A stretch of 64,000 nt of DNA, taken from assembly GCF_009914755.1 (NCBI RefSeq), contig NC_060932.1. One strand, given 5' to 3'. Positions 33,001-45,929 of this stretch are shown here, piece by piece. Within the stretch, counting starts at the first letter, position 1, and the number at the start of each line of letters is the position of its first letter. The notes under the pieces were generated by a model that was given only the letters and a program-made list of their open reading frames with translations, ran no database searches and had not been told where the DNA came from. The position numbers and the translations under genes are program-made. This DNA is from the human T2T-CHM13v2.0 reference genome, Homo sapiens.

Positions 33001-36000
33001 TTTTTATTTGATTTTATGTTTTTTATTTCCATAGGTTTTTGGGGAACAGGTGGTGTTTGATTACATTAGCAGGTTCTTTAGAGATGATTTGTGAGATTTT
33101 GGTGCATCAATCAACAGAGCTGTATACACTGTGCCCAATTTGTAGTCTTTTGTCCCTCACTCCTGCCCACCCTTTCCCCCAAGTCCCCAAAGTCCATTGT
33201 ATCATTCTTATGCCTTTGCATCATCATAGCTTAGCTTTCAATTATGAATAAGAATATATGATGTTTGGTTTTCCACTCCTGAGTTACTTCACTTTAGAAT
33301 AATGGTCTCCAATTCCATCCAGGTTGCTGCAAATGCCATTATTTCATTCCTTTTTATGGCTGAATAGTATTCCATGATTCCATGGTGTGTATATATATAT
33401 ATATCTCACAATTTCTTTATCCACTCATTGATTGATGGGCATTTCGGCTGGTTCCATATTTTTGCTGTTGTGATTGTGCTGCTATACAATTTCTTTATCC
33501 ACTCATTGATTGATGGGCATTTGGGCTGGTTCCACATTTTTGCAGTTGTGATTGTGCTGCTATAAATATACATGTGCAAGTATATTTTTCATATAATGAC
33601 TTATTTTCCTCTGGGTAGATAGCCAGTAGTGAGACTGCTGGATCAAACAATAGTTCTATTTTTAGTTCTTTAAGGAATCTCCACACTGATTTCCATAGTG
33701 TTTGCACTAGTCTACATTCCCACCAGCAGTGTAATGTTCACCACATCCCCACCAACGTCTACTATTTTTTTATTTTTTGATTATGGCCACCATTCTTGCA
33801 GGAGTAAGGTGGTATGGCATTGTGGTTTTCATTTGCATTTCCCTGATAATTAGTGATGTTGAGCATTTTTTATATGTTTGTTGGCCATTTGTATATCATC
33901 TTTTGAGAATTGTCTCTTCATGTCCTTAGCCCATTTTTTTTGGTGGGATTGTTTGTTTTTTTTTCTTGCTTATTTGTTGGAGTTCCCTGTAGATTCTGGA
34001 TATTAGTCCTTTGTCAGATATATAGATTGTGAAGATTTTCTCTTGCTCTGTGAGTTGTGTGTTTACTTTGCTGATTGTTTCTTTTGCTGTGCAGAAACTT
34101 TTTAGCTTAATTAAGTCCCACCTATTTATTATTGTTTTTGTTGCATTTGCTTTTGGGTTCTCGGTCATGAAGTCTTTGCCTAAACCAATGTCTAGAGGGT
34201 TTTTCCAATGTTACCTTCTAGAATTTTTATGGTTTTGGGTCTTAGATTTAAGTCCTTGATCGATCTTGAGTTGATTTTTGTATAAGGTGAGAGATGAGGA
34301 TCTGGTTTTATTCTTCTACATGTGGCTTGCCAATTATCCCAGCACCATTTGTTGACTAGGGTGTCCTTTCCCCACTTTATGTTTTTGTTTGCTTTGTCAA
34401 AGAACAGTTGGCTGTAAGTATTTGTCTTTATTTCTGAGTTCTTAATTCTGTTCCATTGATCTATATGCCTATTTTTATACCAGTACATGCTGTTTTGGTG
34501 ACCATGGCCTTATAGTCTAGTTTAAAGCCAGATAATGTGATGCCTGCAGATTTGTTGTTTTTGCTTAGCCTTGCTTTGGCTATGTGGGCTCTTTTTTGGT
34601 TCCAGATGAATTTTAGGATTGTCTTTTCTAGTTCTGTGAAGAATGATGGTGGTATTTTGATGAGAATTGCATTGAATTTGTAGATTGCTTTTGTCAGTAT
34701 GGTCATTTTCACAATATTGATTCTACCCATCCATGAGCATGGGATATGTTTCAATTTGTTTGTGTTGTTTATGATTTCTTTCAGCAGTGTTTTGTAGTTT
34801 TCCTTGTAGAGGTCTTTCACCTCCTTGGGCAGGTATATTCCTAAGGTTTGTTTGGTTTTTTTTGCAGTTATTTTAAAAGGGGTTGAGTTTTTTCTTTGAT
34901 TCTGAAATCAAAGAACTGCTCGGTGTTGGTGTGTAGCAGAACTACTAATTTGTGTACATTAATTTTCTGTCCTGAAACTTTGCTGAATTCATTTATCAGT
35001 TCTAGGAGCTTTTTGGAGGAGGCTTTATGGTTTTCTAGATATACAATCATATCATCAGCAAAGAGTAACAGTTTGACTTCCTCTTTACTGATTTGGATGC
35101 CCTTTATTTCTTTCTCTTGTCTGATTGCTGTGGCTAGGACTTCCAATACTACGTTGAAAAGAAGGGGTGAGTGGTCATCCTTGTCTTATTACAGTTCTCA
35201 GAGGGAATGATTTCAACTTTTCCCCATTCAGTATTATGTTGGCTGTGGGTTTTTCATAGATGGCTTTTATTACATTAAGGTATGTCCCTGTATGCCGATT
35301 TTGCTGAGGGTTTTAATCATACAGGGATGCTGAATTTTGTCAAATGCTTCTTCTGCATCTATTGGGATGATCATGTGATTTCTGTTTTTAATTCTGTTTA
35401 TGTGGTGTATCACCTTTATTGACTTGCATATGTTAAACTATCCCTATACCCCTAATATGAAATCCACTTGATCATGGTGAATTATCTTTTTGACATGCTG
35501 TTGGATTTGGTTAGCTAGTATTTTGTTAAAGATTTTTGCATCTATGTTCGTCAGGGATATTGGTCTGTAGTTTTCTTTTTTTCTTATGTCCTTTCCTGGT
35601 TTGGGTATTAGGGTGATGCTGGCTTCATAGAATGATTTAGGGAGGATTCCTTCTTTCTCTATATTGTGGAATAGTGTCAATAGAATTTGTACCAATTCTT
35701 CTTTGAATATCTGATAGAATTCAGCTGTGATTCTGGCTGTTCCTGGACTTTTGTTTGTTGGCAATTTTGTTTAATTACCATTTCGATCTCACTGTTTGTA
35801 TTAGTCTGTTCAGGGTTTCTGAGTCTTCCTGTCTTAAGCTAGGAGAGTTGTATATTTCCAGGAATTTATCCATCTCCTCTAGGTTTTCTAGTTTATGTGC
35901 ATAAAGGTGCTCATACTAGCCTTGAGTGATCTTCTGTGTTTCTGTGGTGTCAGTTGTAATATCTCCTGTTTTGTTTCTAATTGAGCTTATTTGGATCTTC

Positions 36001-39000
36001 TCTCTTCTTTTCTTGGTTAATCTTGCTAATGTTCTATCAATCTTATTTATCTTTTCAAAGAACCAGCTTTCTGTTTTATTTATTTTTTGTTGGTTTTTGT
36101 TGTTGTTGTTGTTTCAATTTCATTTAGTTCTGGTCTCATGTTGGTTATCTCTTTTCTTCTGCTGGGTTTGGGTTGGGGTTTGGTTTGTTCTTGTTTCTCT
36201 AGTTCCTTGAGGTGTGACCTTAGATTGTCTATTTGTGCTCTTTCAGACTTGGGGATGTAGGCATTTAACGCTATGAACTTTCCTTTTAGCACTGTCTTTG
36301 CGGTATCCTGGAGGTTTTGATATGTTGTGTCACTATTATCATGCAGTTCAAAGAATTTTTTAATTTCCATCTTGATTTCATTGTTGACCTAGTGATCATT
36401 CAGGAGCATATTATTTAATTTCCATGTATTTGCATGGTTTTGAAGGTTATTTTTGGAGTTGATTTCCAATTTTATTCCGCTGTGGTCAGAGAGAGTACTT
36501 GATATGATTTCAATTTTCTTAAATTTATTGAGACTTGTTTTGTGGCCTATCATATGGGTCGATCTTGCAGAATGTTACACGTGCTGATGAAGAGAATGTA
36601 TATTCTGCATTTGTTGGGTGGAATGTTCTGTAAATACCTGTTAAGTCTATTTGCTCTAGGGTATAGTTTAAATCCATTGTTTCTTTTTGACTTTCTGTCT
36701 TGATGACCTGTCTAGTGCCATCAGTGGAGCACTGAAGTCCCCACTATTATTGTGTTGCTGTCTATCTCATTTCTTAGGTCTAGTAGTAATTGTTTTATAA
36801 ATTTGGGAGCTCCAGTGTTAGGTGCACATATACTTAGGATTGTGATACTTTCCTGTTGGACAAGGCCTTTTATCATTATATAATGTCCCTCTTTATCTTT
36901 TTTAACTGCTGTTGCTTTAAAGTTTGTTTTGTCTGATATAAGAATAGCTACTCCTGCCTACTTTTGGTTTCTATTTGCATGGAGTGTCTTTTTTCCACCC
37001 CTTTGCCTTAAGTTTATGTAGTCCTTATGTAGGTAAATCTCTTGAAGGCAGCAGATACTTTTAAGTGGAGCATTTAGGCCATTTACATTCAAGGTTAGTA
37101 TTGAGATGTGAGGTACTATTCTATTCATCATGCTATTTGTTGCCTGAATACCTTGTTTTTTATTTTAATATTTATTGTGTTGTTGTTTTACAGGTAATTT
37201 AGATTTATGCTTTAAGGAGGTTCTGTTTTGATGTATTTTGAGGAGTTGTTTCCAGATTTAGAGCCACTTTTAGCAGTTCTTGTAGTGCTGGCTTGGTAGT
37301 GACATATTCCCTCAGCATTTGTTTTGTCTGAAAAAGACAATCTTTCCTTCATTTATGAAGCTTAGTTTCACTGGATACAAAATTCTTGGCTGATAATTGT
37401 TTTGTTTAAGGAGGCTGAAGATAGGGCCCCAGTCCCTTCTAGCTTGTCAGGCTGCTGCTGAGAAATCTCCTGTTAATCTGATAGGTTTTTTTAATAGATT
37501 ACCTCATGCTTTTGCCTCATAGCTCTTAATATTTTTTTTCTTTGTCTTGACTTTAGATAACCTAATGACTATGTGCCTAAGTGATTATCTTTTTGTGATG
37601 AATTTCCCAGGTGTTCTTTGAGCTTCTTGTATTTGGATGTCTAGATCTCTAGCAAGACCAGGGAAGTTTTACTTGATTATTCCCCCAAATATGTTTTCCA
37701 AACTTTTCTCTTCTTCCTCAAGAATGACAATTATTTTTAAGTTTGGTCATTTAACATAATCCCAAACTTCTTGGAGGCTTTGTTCATTTTCTAAAATTCT
37801 TTTTTTCTTTGTCTTTGTTGGATGGATTATTTCAAAAACCTTGTCTTCGAGCTCTGAAGTTCTTTCTTCTGCTTGTTCGATTCTATTGCTGAGATTTTCC
37901 AGTGCATTTTGCATTTCTGTGTGCGCCTTGATTTCCTGAAGTTGTGATTGTTTTTATTTATGCTATCTATTTCACTGAAGATTTCTCCACTCATACCTTT
38001 ATCTTTTTTTTTTAAATTTCATTAAATTGGACTTCACCTTTCTCTGGTGCCTCTTTGATTAGCGTAATTATCAAATTTCTGAATTCTCTTTCTGGAAAAT
38101 CAAGGATTTCTTCTTGGTTTGGATCCATTGCTGGTGAGCTAGTGTAATTTTTTTCAGGGTATTAAAGAACCTTGTTTTGTTATATTACCAGAATTGGTTT
38201 TCTGGTTCTTTCTCATTTGGGTAGGCTATGTCATAGGGAAGATCTGGGGCTCAAAGACTGCCGTTCAGATTCTTTTGTCCCACGGGGTGCTCCCTTGATG
38301 TAGTACTCTCCATTTTTTCCTAGGGATGTGGCTTCCTGAGAGCCAAACTGTAGTGATTGTTATTTCTCTTCTGGACTAGTCTCCCAGTGGGGCTACTGGG
38401 TTCTGGGCTGGTACTGGGGGGTGTCTTCTGGTCTCTAAGCCATAGATAGCAATACCTGCTCTAGTGGAGGTAGCAGGGGAGTGAAATGGACTCTGTGACG
38501 GTCATTAGTTGTATTATTGTTGTTTATTGCACTAATGTTGTGCTGGTTGGCCTCCTGCCAAGAGGTGGCACTTTCCCTGTGAGACAAAGTCAGAAATGGC
38601 TTCCCTGGGGACCGAAAGAGCTGACAGGGCTCTTCCCGCTGCTTCCTCTACTCCTGTATTTCTCCCGGCTCTCTAAATTATCTTAGGTCCAGGTAAGGTC
38701 AAATGCTTTTCCCATGATCTGGACCTTCACGTTCCCCCATGAGGGTGTGTGCTTGAGGGTGAATGATCCCCTTTCCCACTTTTATGCTTTGGGCACTCAC
38801 AGTATTTGGGCTGTCTCCTTGGTCCTGCAGGAGCAATCCACTTTCTTCAGAGGGTCTGTGGGTTCTCTCAGCTTTCCTGGTATGTTCCTGCAGTAGTTCT
38901 TGGAGCAAAAGTTCACAAGGTGAGTCTCCACACACTGCTCTGTCTGTCCAAATGGGAGCTACAATTTAGTCCTGTCTCCTGTCCACCATTTTCCCCTAAA
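33001..39000 (-). mobile_element. Essentially full-length L1PB (L1PB1/L1PBa-like), degenerate ORFs
   Basis: L1PB-type 3'UTR (TTCCATAGGTTTTTGGGGAACAGGTGG); ORF2 fragments including LFADD at 34868-35146; ORF1 region; 5' terminus reading GGGGAAAATGGTGGACAGGAG; TSD CT[A/G]ATCATCTTTTT on both sides. Confidence 0.92.
33408..33563. repeat. 78-bp tandem duplication inside the L1PB 3' region
   Basis: ACAATTTCTTTATCCACTCATTGATTGATGGGC... at 33408 and at 33486. Confidence 0.95.
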
Positions 39001-40105
39001 ATGTCTGATCATCTTTTTGTTACTGATTTTCTTTTTCTTGATTCCACTGTAGTGAAAGAGCATATTCTATATATCAATCTTTTAAACTGTGTTTAGACTT
39101 GCTTAATGGCCTAGCATCTGGTCAATTTTAGTAAATATTTTATGTGCATGAATAGAATGACATTTTTGGTGCAATGTTCCATATTTATCAAGTAAGCCAA
39201 GTTTGTTAATTGTGTTATTCAGATTTTATATTTTGTTCTGAATTTTTTGACTGGTTGTTGTATCAGCTATTGACTATGTTAAAATCTTCTACCATGATTA
39301 GGTACCTATCTATTTTTTATATCTTGCCAAATTTTTCTTGAAATATTTTGAAGATTTATGGGTGCGATCAGATTTAGGGATACACCTTTGAGAAGGATTG
39401 AACCATTTATTTTCGGGAATTATTAGAAACTGTCTAAAAGCATTATTTTATGAATTCAAATTTTCTGTTAAATTCTGTCTTTTCATTTGTCCATCTTCTG
39501 TTTTCTTTAATGTATTAATCTTTAGTCTTCATCTGCTCATTCCAATAGCTAGAATATATGTGGATTTGTTTCTATTATTTGTCTTTTCTCCTGATTATCA
39601 TCCATGTTTTCTTATTTGTTCACAATGTACTTTAAAGTATGCCAGACTTTGTGTAAAACAAACAAACAAACTATAGAGGCTCCAGATGATATTATCTTCT
39701 GCCAAAGATGGCTCTTTCTTTCCTTTGTTAGATAAGAAGGATGAGGGGTGGATTACTTCCATCTAATTGAGAATTGAGCGGGGATGGTGCTGGTTGCAGT
39801 TGTAGATTCAGTCGACTTCTGATTCCTTGTATGGCCCTGCAGGCTCTTGATTAAAGGCCTGCAGGTATAAATTGTCTCATCCTTGGGATACCATGGAATA
39901 TAGAGCTTTATGTTTCAGAGGTTCCCAGACCAACTCTCCAGCCTCCTGCCTCAGGACTTCAAAAGATAGCAGATGTATTGAGGGGGAGGCTGGACATGTG
40001 CTTTAGACTGGTCAATTTTCCCAGAAACTCTTTTTTTTCTAAGCACCGAGCAATGGAGAGGGATTGCACTCTGCCTTTTTGAAGCTCTTGACCTCAGTCC
40101 CCACA

Positions 40106-40520
40106 TATGATGGTTATTTTTATGTGACAACTTCACTAGTCTATAGCACCCAGTTATTTAATCAAACACTAATCTAGGTATTGTTATGAAGGTATTTTGT
40201 AGCTGTGATTGACATCTATAATCAGATGACTTTAAATAAAGGAGAATGCTCTCAGTAATGTGGGTAGGCCTCACTCAATCAGTTGAAAAGCCATAAAAGC
40301 AAAAACAGGTTTTCCAGAGGAAAAAAATCTGCCTCAAGACTGCAGCATTGACCCTTGCCTGAGTTTCCAGCCTACTGGCTTACCTTTAAAATGTCAGACT
40401 TTCTAGTGCCCAGAGTCACACGAGCCAATCCCTTGATATTGTTCCCTCTCTATCTCTCTCTGTAAGTATAGATGAATAGTTATGAACAAGGTATCATTTT
40501 ATACACACACACACACACAC
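40106..40520 (+). mobile_element. MLT2 (MLT2D-like) ERVL LTR ending in a CA repeat
   Basis: TGATGGTTATTTTTATGTG...TAATGTGGGTAGGCCTCACTCAATCAGTTGAA. Confidence 0.8.
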
Positions 40521-40812
40521 AGACTTGTTCCTCATTATCCATGAGGAATTGGCTCCAGGACACCTTGCCTTGCCTCCTGAGACACCAAAATCCATGGATG
40601 CTCGCTCAAGTCCCTTATGTAAAATGGTATAGTATTTGCATATAACCAATATGTATCCTCCTGTATTATTTAAATCATCTCTAGATTACTTATAATACCT
40701 CATGCAATGTAAATGCTATGTAAATTGTTGTTATACTCTATTGTTTGGGGACTAATGACAAGAAAAAAGTCTGTACACATTCACTACAAACGTCTATTTT
40801 TTTACAAATATT
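40521..40812. mobile_element. MER2-like TcMar-Tigger element
   Basis: CCAAAATCCATGGATGCTC...AAATCATCTCTAGATTACTTATAATACC. Confidence 0.8.
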
Positions 40813-43161
40813 TGAAAGAGAACGATTTTCAATTTTTTATTCCAGTCTTGTAAGAGCACTAAAATTGTTGCTAGTTTCTTTCCCCCCAGCAGAGGTTTGC
40901 TCCCTTGGCAAAGATCAATCACACACTCATTTCACAATTCCCAGACTATCTAGGAAATGTCTTCTATTCTTGCATTTCAGTTCTTCTAGTTCTTACTTCC
41001 CCAGCTCTCAGAGGCTACGGTATGATTTTTAGAATATATTTGTAATTTTCTGATTGTTGAACTGCCATAATCTACATGCTTTCTGGAATTAGCAGCAAGA
41101 AAATACCTTTAGCAATAAAAATATTAAGGGCACGATCTCAGAATAGAGAAAAATATTTCCAAAGAAAAGAAAAATCAGTTATTTTATGCCAACATGTACA
41201 TTATGTTATCTTTATCTCATCTCAGTGTGTACCAGTAAAAGCTGGGGCTTTGTATTTATTTTGGGCTTAATTGTTCTGCTAGAAACAAAAACTCCTTGGC
41301 AGCAGGAAAATCAGTTTTTGATGTGACAGAAGCTCAAAAGTTAGTGAAGTGGGATATATGGGTGAGTAGTTATGAACAAGATATCGCAAGAAAATCTAAA
41401 GTCTTAGTTCTGAAGTTCAGTCATTCACCAGTCAAAGAAGGCATTACAAACACTGGGAGGTGCCAATGAAAGACCAGGGAGTCATGAAAATATATGGAGC
41501 ATTTAAGATATTGTGAATGTATCAGTACAATTTTACCAGAGGCTGAGGGTGGAAGAGCAATAGAAGAGGCTGGAAAGGGGGTAGAGATGATGGAAGAAGT
41601 TTAGATCCCAAAATCACTCATCTGCTATGAAATATTTATGGCAAAGAAGGGGAGCCATCTGAGAAATTTTCAACAGCTAAGTGACACAATCTCATCTATA
41701 TCTTTTGTGTTATATACACTACTTACAATCTTTCCAAATGAGAACTGCACTTAAGTACAAGGGTTTATTATAAAATTACTAATGCATTATTTTTTCCCCA
41801 GCCTTACTAAGGTGTGTGTCTCTTTCCAACTCCACTTTCAATTACTTCTGGTGAGTAGCAGGAGTATTTACACCATAGAAATTGACATTCGCTACAAGTT
41901 GTGGTTCTTTTTTTCTTCTGGAGAGCAAGCTGTTAAATACTTTTCATCACATTACTGCCTGCAGGCAACAGAGTTGAGACTGCAGGGGATATGGGGCTGC
42001 TGTTCTGTTATGTAGCCCTGTGCACTCTGTAATGTCAGGGAGCCTCCAGATGAGGGTCAGTGAATCACCTAAATGACCACCAGTGCCTGGGCATTGCTTG
42101 GGGCTTAGTCTGGTCCAGCATCTCACCCAATGAGGAATGCAAGGGTTTTTTTCTTCTCACTACTTCCCAACCTACCATCAGGATAATCACCCTAAAGAAG
42201 TAGGGTAAGCATAAGAAAATAGCCACTCCTCTGTTTCACCGCCTCTAAACTGCTGGAGCCAAATGTCTGAACTGCCCTCAGGCCAGGAGGAGTGCTATAA
42301 AATTACAATGGATGGAACCAAGCCTTTAATGCCGGAATGAAGCTGCTCTATCAGCTGAAATTACATAAAAGTTAATATGACTAACATGTTGATTGGTGGC
42401 CATTTTTGGGGAAAAATAAATCTCATTTTTATGCCAAAGTAGTTGAGATGTCTTATATGATTGAAGAGGAATAAACCTAGTGATTCAGAGCCCTAACCAT
42501 CTATAATTCAGGGTGATCCAAGTTAACTAGAATCTTAAAATATTTCATCAACAATCTGAAAGGGGTTTTGAGAGATGAGTATTTACTGAAAGGAGGTTTG
42601 ATGGATGACGCAGTATGCTGAACTGCTTTCCCCAGAGGGTGTACCCTCTGATTCCTGGACAGATCTGTGCTATAATTATCCCACGATAGATTGCTGCAAA
42701 TGCTTATTTGATTTTTCTGGATTTGTAGTGAATAAATGAAAATAGGAAAGTCAAATCCACTCAATTTGTAAATATCTGGGACTGAGAATCCAGTTTGTGA
42801 ATTCTCTCTACATCCTTTGTCTCTTGTCTGTACATACCTGCCATCAATCAGTTCCACAGAGGAAACTTGTTCCGAAAGAAGAAAGACAAATTCAAATTTA
42901 CCTTTGTATTGTAGCAATTTATCAGCTCTGATAAATGTTTGGTGGAAGAGTTTGAAAATTAAAGTTATATTGAGTTTTAATAAGTTATCTGTTGATTTTC
43001 TTTACCTAACTGTATTCTACTTCAATATGAATCACTAATAACAGCAGAAAATTGGTAGAAGACATAATTACAATAAAGAATATGTGTTTTGTAGCTTCCT
43101 TGGGCTGATTATTTTTAATTTCATCAAATCTTAACAAGGGCCTTGTTGAGGTAGGTGCTAT

Positions 43162-44836
43162 TGAGAGGTGACAGCTTGCTGGCAGTCCTCACAGCCCTCG
43201 CTCACTCTCGGCGCCTCCTCTACCTGGGCTCCCACTTTGGCAGTACTTGAGGAGCGCTTTAGCCCACCGCTGCACTGTGGGAGCCCCTTTCTGGGCTGGC
43301 CAAGGCCAGAGCCGGCTCCCTCAGCTTGCAGGGAGGTGTGGAGGGAGAGGCGCCAGCGGGAACCGGGGCTGCGCGCGGCGCTTGCGGGCCAGCTGGAGTT
43401 CCAGGTGGGCGTGGGCTTGGCGGGCCCCGCACTCGGAGCAGCCGGCCGACCCTGCCGGCCCCGGGCAATGAGGGGCTTAGCACCCAGGCCAGCGGCTGCG
43501 GAGGGTGTTCTGGGTCCCTCAGCAGTGCCAGCCCGCCGGCGCTGCGCTCGATTTCTCACCAGGCCTTAGCTGCCTTCCCGCGGGGCAGGGCTCGGGACCT
43601 GCAGCCCGCCATGCCTGAGCCTCCCACCCCTTCCGTGGGCTCCTGTGCGGCCCGAGCCTCCCCGACGAGCGCCACCCCCTGCTCCACGGCACCCAGTCCC
43701 ATTGACCACCCAAGGGCTGAGGAGTGCGGGCGCACAGTACCGGGACTGGCAGGCAGCTCCATCTGTAGCCCTGGTGCGGGATCCACTGGGTGAAGCCAGC
43801 TGGGATCCTGAGTCTGGTGGAGAAGTGGAGAACCTTTATGTCTAGCTCAGGGATTGTAAATACACCAATCAGCACCCTATGTCTAGCTCAGGGTCTGTGA
43901 ATGCACCAATCGACACTCTGTATCTAGCTACTCTGGTGGAGAGGTGGAGAACCTTTATGTCTAGCTCAGGGATTGTAAATACACCAATCAGCACCCTGTG
44001 TCTAGCTCAGGGTCTGTGAATGCACCAATAGACACTCTGTATCTAGCTACTCTGGTGGGGCCTTGGAGAACCTTTATGTCTAGCTCAGGGATTGTAAATA
44101 CACCAATCGGCACTTTATATCTAGCTCAAGGTTTGTAAACACACCAGTCAGCACCCTGTGTCTAGCTCAGGGTTTGTGAATGCACCAATCAACACTCTGT
44201 ATCTGGCTACTCTGGTGGGGCCTTGGAGAACCTTTGTGTCAACAGTCTGTATCTAGTTAATCTAGTAGGGACGTGGAGAACCTTTGTGTCTAGCTCAGGG
44301 ATTGTAAATGCACCAATCAGCGCCCTGTCAAAACAGACCACTCGGCTCTACCAATCAGCAGGATGTGGGTGGGGCCAGATAGGAGAATAAAAGCAGGCTA
44401 CCCGAGCCAGCAGTGGCAACCCGTTCGGGTCCCCTTCCACACTGTGGAAGCTTTGTTCTTTTGCTCTTTGCAATAAATCTTAATACTGCTCACTCTTTGG
44501 GTCCACACTGCTTTTATGAGCTATAACACTCACCGCGAAAGTCTTCAGCTTCACTCCTGAAGCCAGCGAGACCACGAACCCACCAGAAGGAAGAAACGCC
44601 GAACACATCCAAACATCAGAAGGAACAACTCCAGACGCGCCACCTTAAGAGCTGTAACACTCACCGCGAAGGTCTGCAGCTTCACTCCTGAAGCCAGCGA
44701 GACCACGACCACGAGCCCGCCGGGAGGAAGGAACAACTCTAGACATGCCGCCTTAAGAGCTGTAACACTCACCGCGAGGGTCCGTGGCTTCATTCTTGAA
44801 GTCAGTGAGACCAAGAACCCACCAATTCCGGACACA
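43162..44836 (+). mobile_element. LTR12C (ERV9) solo LTR, intact, inserted in a MIR
   Basis: TGAGAGGTGACAGC start and CCAATTCCGGACACA end; 4-bp TSD CTAT (43158-43161, 44837-44840); CpG-rich 5' part; TCTAGCT/CCAAT tandem repeats. Confidence 0.96.
43810..44430 (+). promoter_or_regulatory. LTR12C U3 enhancer/promoter: tandem NF-Y CCAAT boxes and AATAAA-type TATA equivalent
   Basis: Eight CCAAT motifs between 43865 and 44355, GGGTGGGG box, AATAAAAG at ~44387; matches the known ERV9 LTR promoter layout. Confidence 0.75.
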
Positions 44837-45769
44837 CTATTACCCCATGTTATATAGTAAATTTGAAGAAAATGAGGCTTGGAAAGGCAATGTGACTCGA
44901 ACAAAGACTGAGAGTAAATGGTAGAGTCTATTTTACACCCTAGTTTCAAATCCAATGGTTTTCCCAATATACCAAAGCCATCTTGATATTATGACTTGGT
45001 TTCATATTAATTGTATTATTGGTCATGGTAGGAATATTTATGAATACAATTACCAACTATTTAGTAAGGGAACAATTTTAAAAGCTTAAGTTTAGTAGAA
45101 ATGGCCAATTTAGTTTTATAAGGAATAGGTCATCCTGAAGTAAGTCACTGGATTTTTCTAGGATATAGTTTCCATAGTGACCTTGGAAAGACTGGCATTA
45201 TATACTTGGAATTCTAAAAAGGTTTTAGTAACATCGCAGAGATTATTAGCTCAGATCTTGGACTGTGGCTGAAGTAACTTATTAGAAATCAGGCTCAAAA
45301 CAGCAAGTGGAAGGACAGTTTTGTGGCTGGAAAGTAGGCAGAAGTAGAACACTCAAGCGTTAGATTAGGTATTTTTATATTTGTGATTCCTAGTAATGTT
45401 TATAATTGTAAATCTAATGTTCCTGATTGGTTAACAATATATAAATTACAAAAAAGTAGCCAAATTCGAAAGAATGTATTCACTTTAACACATTCTAAAT
45501 ATTATAATTAATCTAATTCCTTTTGCAAAAGATAACGGGCCAACTGGTTAGACAAATGGCTGGATGTACAGTCCAGTTCAGAGTAATCCCCATAGGAAGG
45601 AAGTACAAGAAACGCTGAGTCCTTTTTTTTTGTTTTAAGTAGGAGAGGTATAAATAATAAATATGTAAGAAAGGAAAATAAGATAGAATTAAATAGGAAT
45701 ATATGCAACTCAATGTCAAACAACTAAATTGCCTTCTAATTTTTAATCTCTGTTAGCCATTCTGCATTG

Positions 45770-45927
45770 ACCAAAATGTGACACAGAGACACAAAGTGAG
45801 CACATACTGTTAGAAATATGGCACCAATAGACTTGACTCAGGGTTGCCACAAACTTTCAATTTGTAAAAAATGCATTGTCTGAGAAGCACAATAAAAAGA
45901 CGTGTAATAAAACAAGGTGTGCATGTA
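45770..45927 (-). mobile_element. Tigger1 terminal fragment
   Basis: GTGACACAGAGACAC...CAGGGTTGCCACAAACTTTCAATTTGTAAAAAA. Confidence 0.8.
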
Positions 45928-45929
45928 AA

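Larger units (their letters stand above)
31760..39700 (-). mobile_element. Ancient L1M (31760-33000 and 39001-~39700) split by the L1PB insertion
   Basis: Highly diverged antisense L1 sequence that is continuous across the L1PB TSDs. Confidence 0.65.

Noticed and set aside
43158-43875. CpG-island-like region with many overlapping ORFs
   Set aside because: It is the GC-rich U3 of LTR12C; the ORFs result from a lack of stop codons.
43810-44340. Regularly repeated units resembling a CRISPR-like array
   Set aside because: These are the known ERV9/LTR12 U3 tandem repeats, with no unique spacers, in a eukaryotic context.
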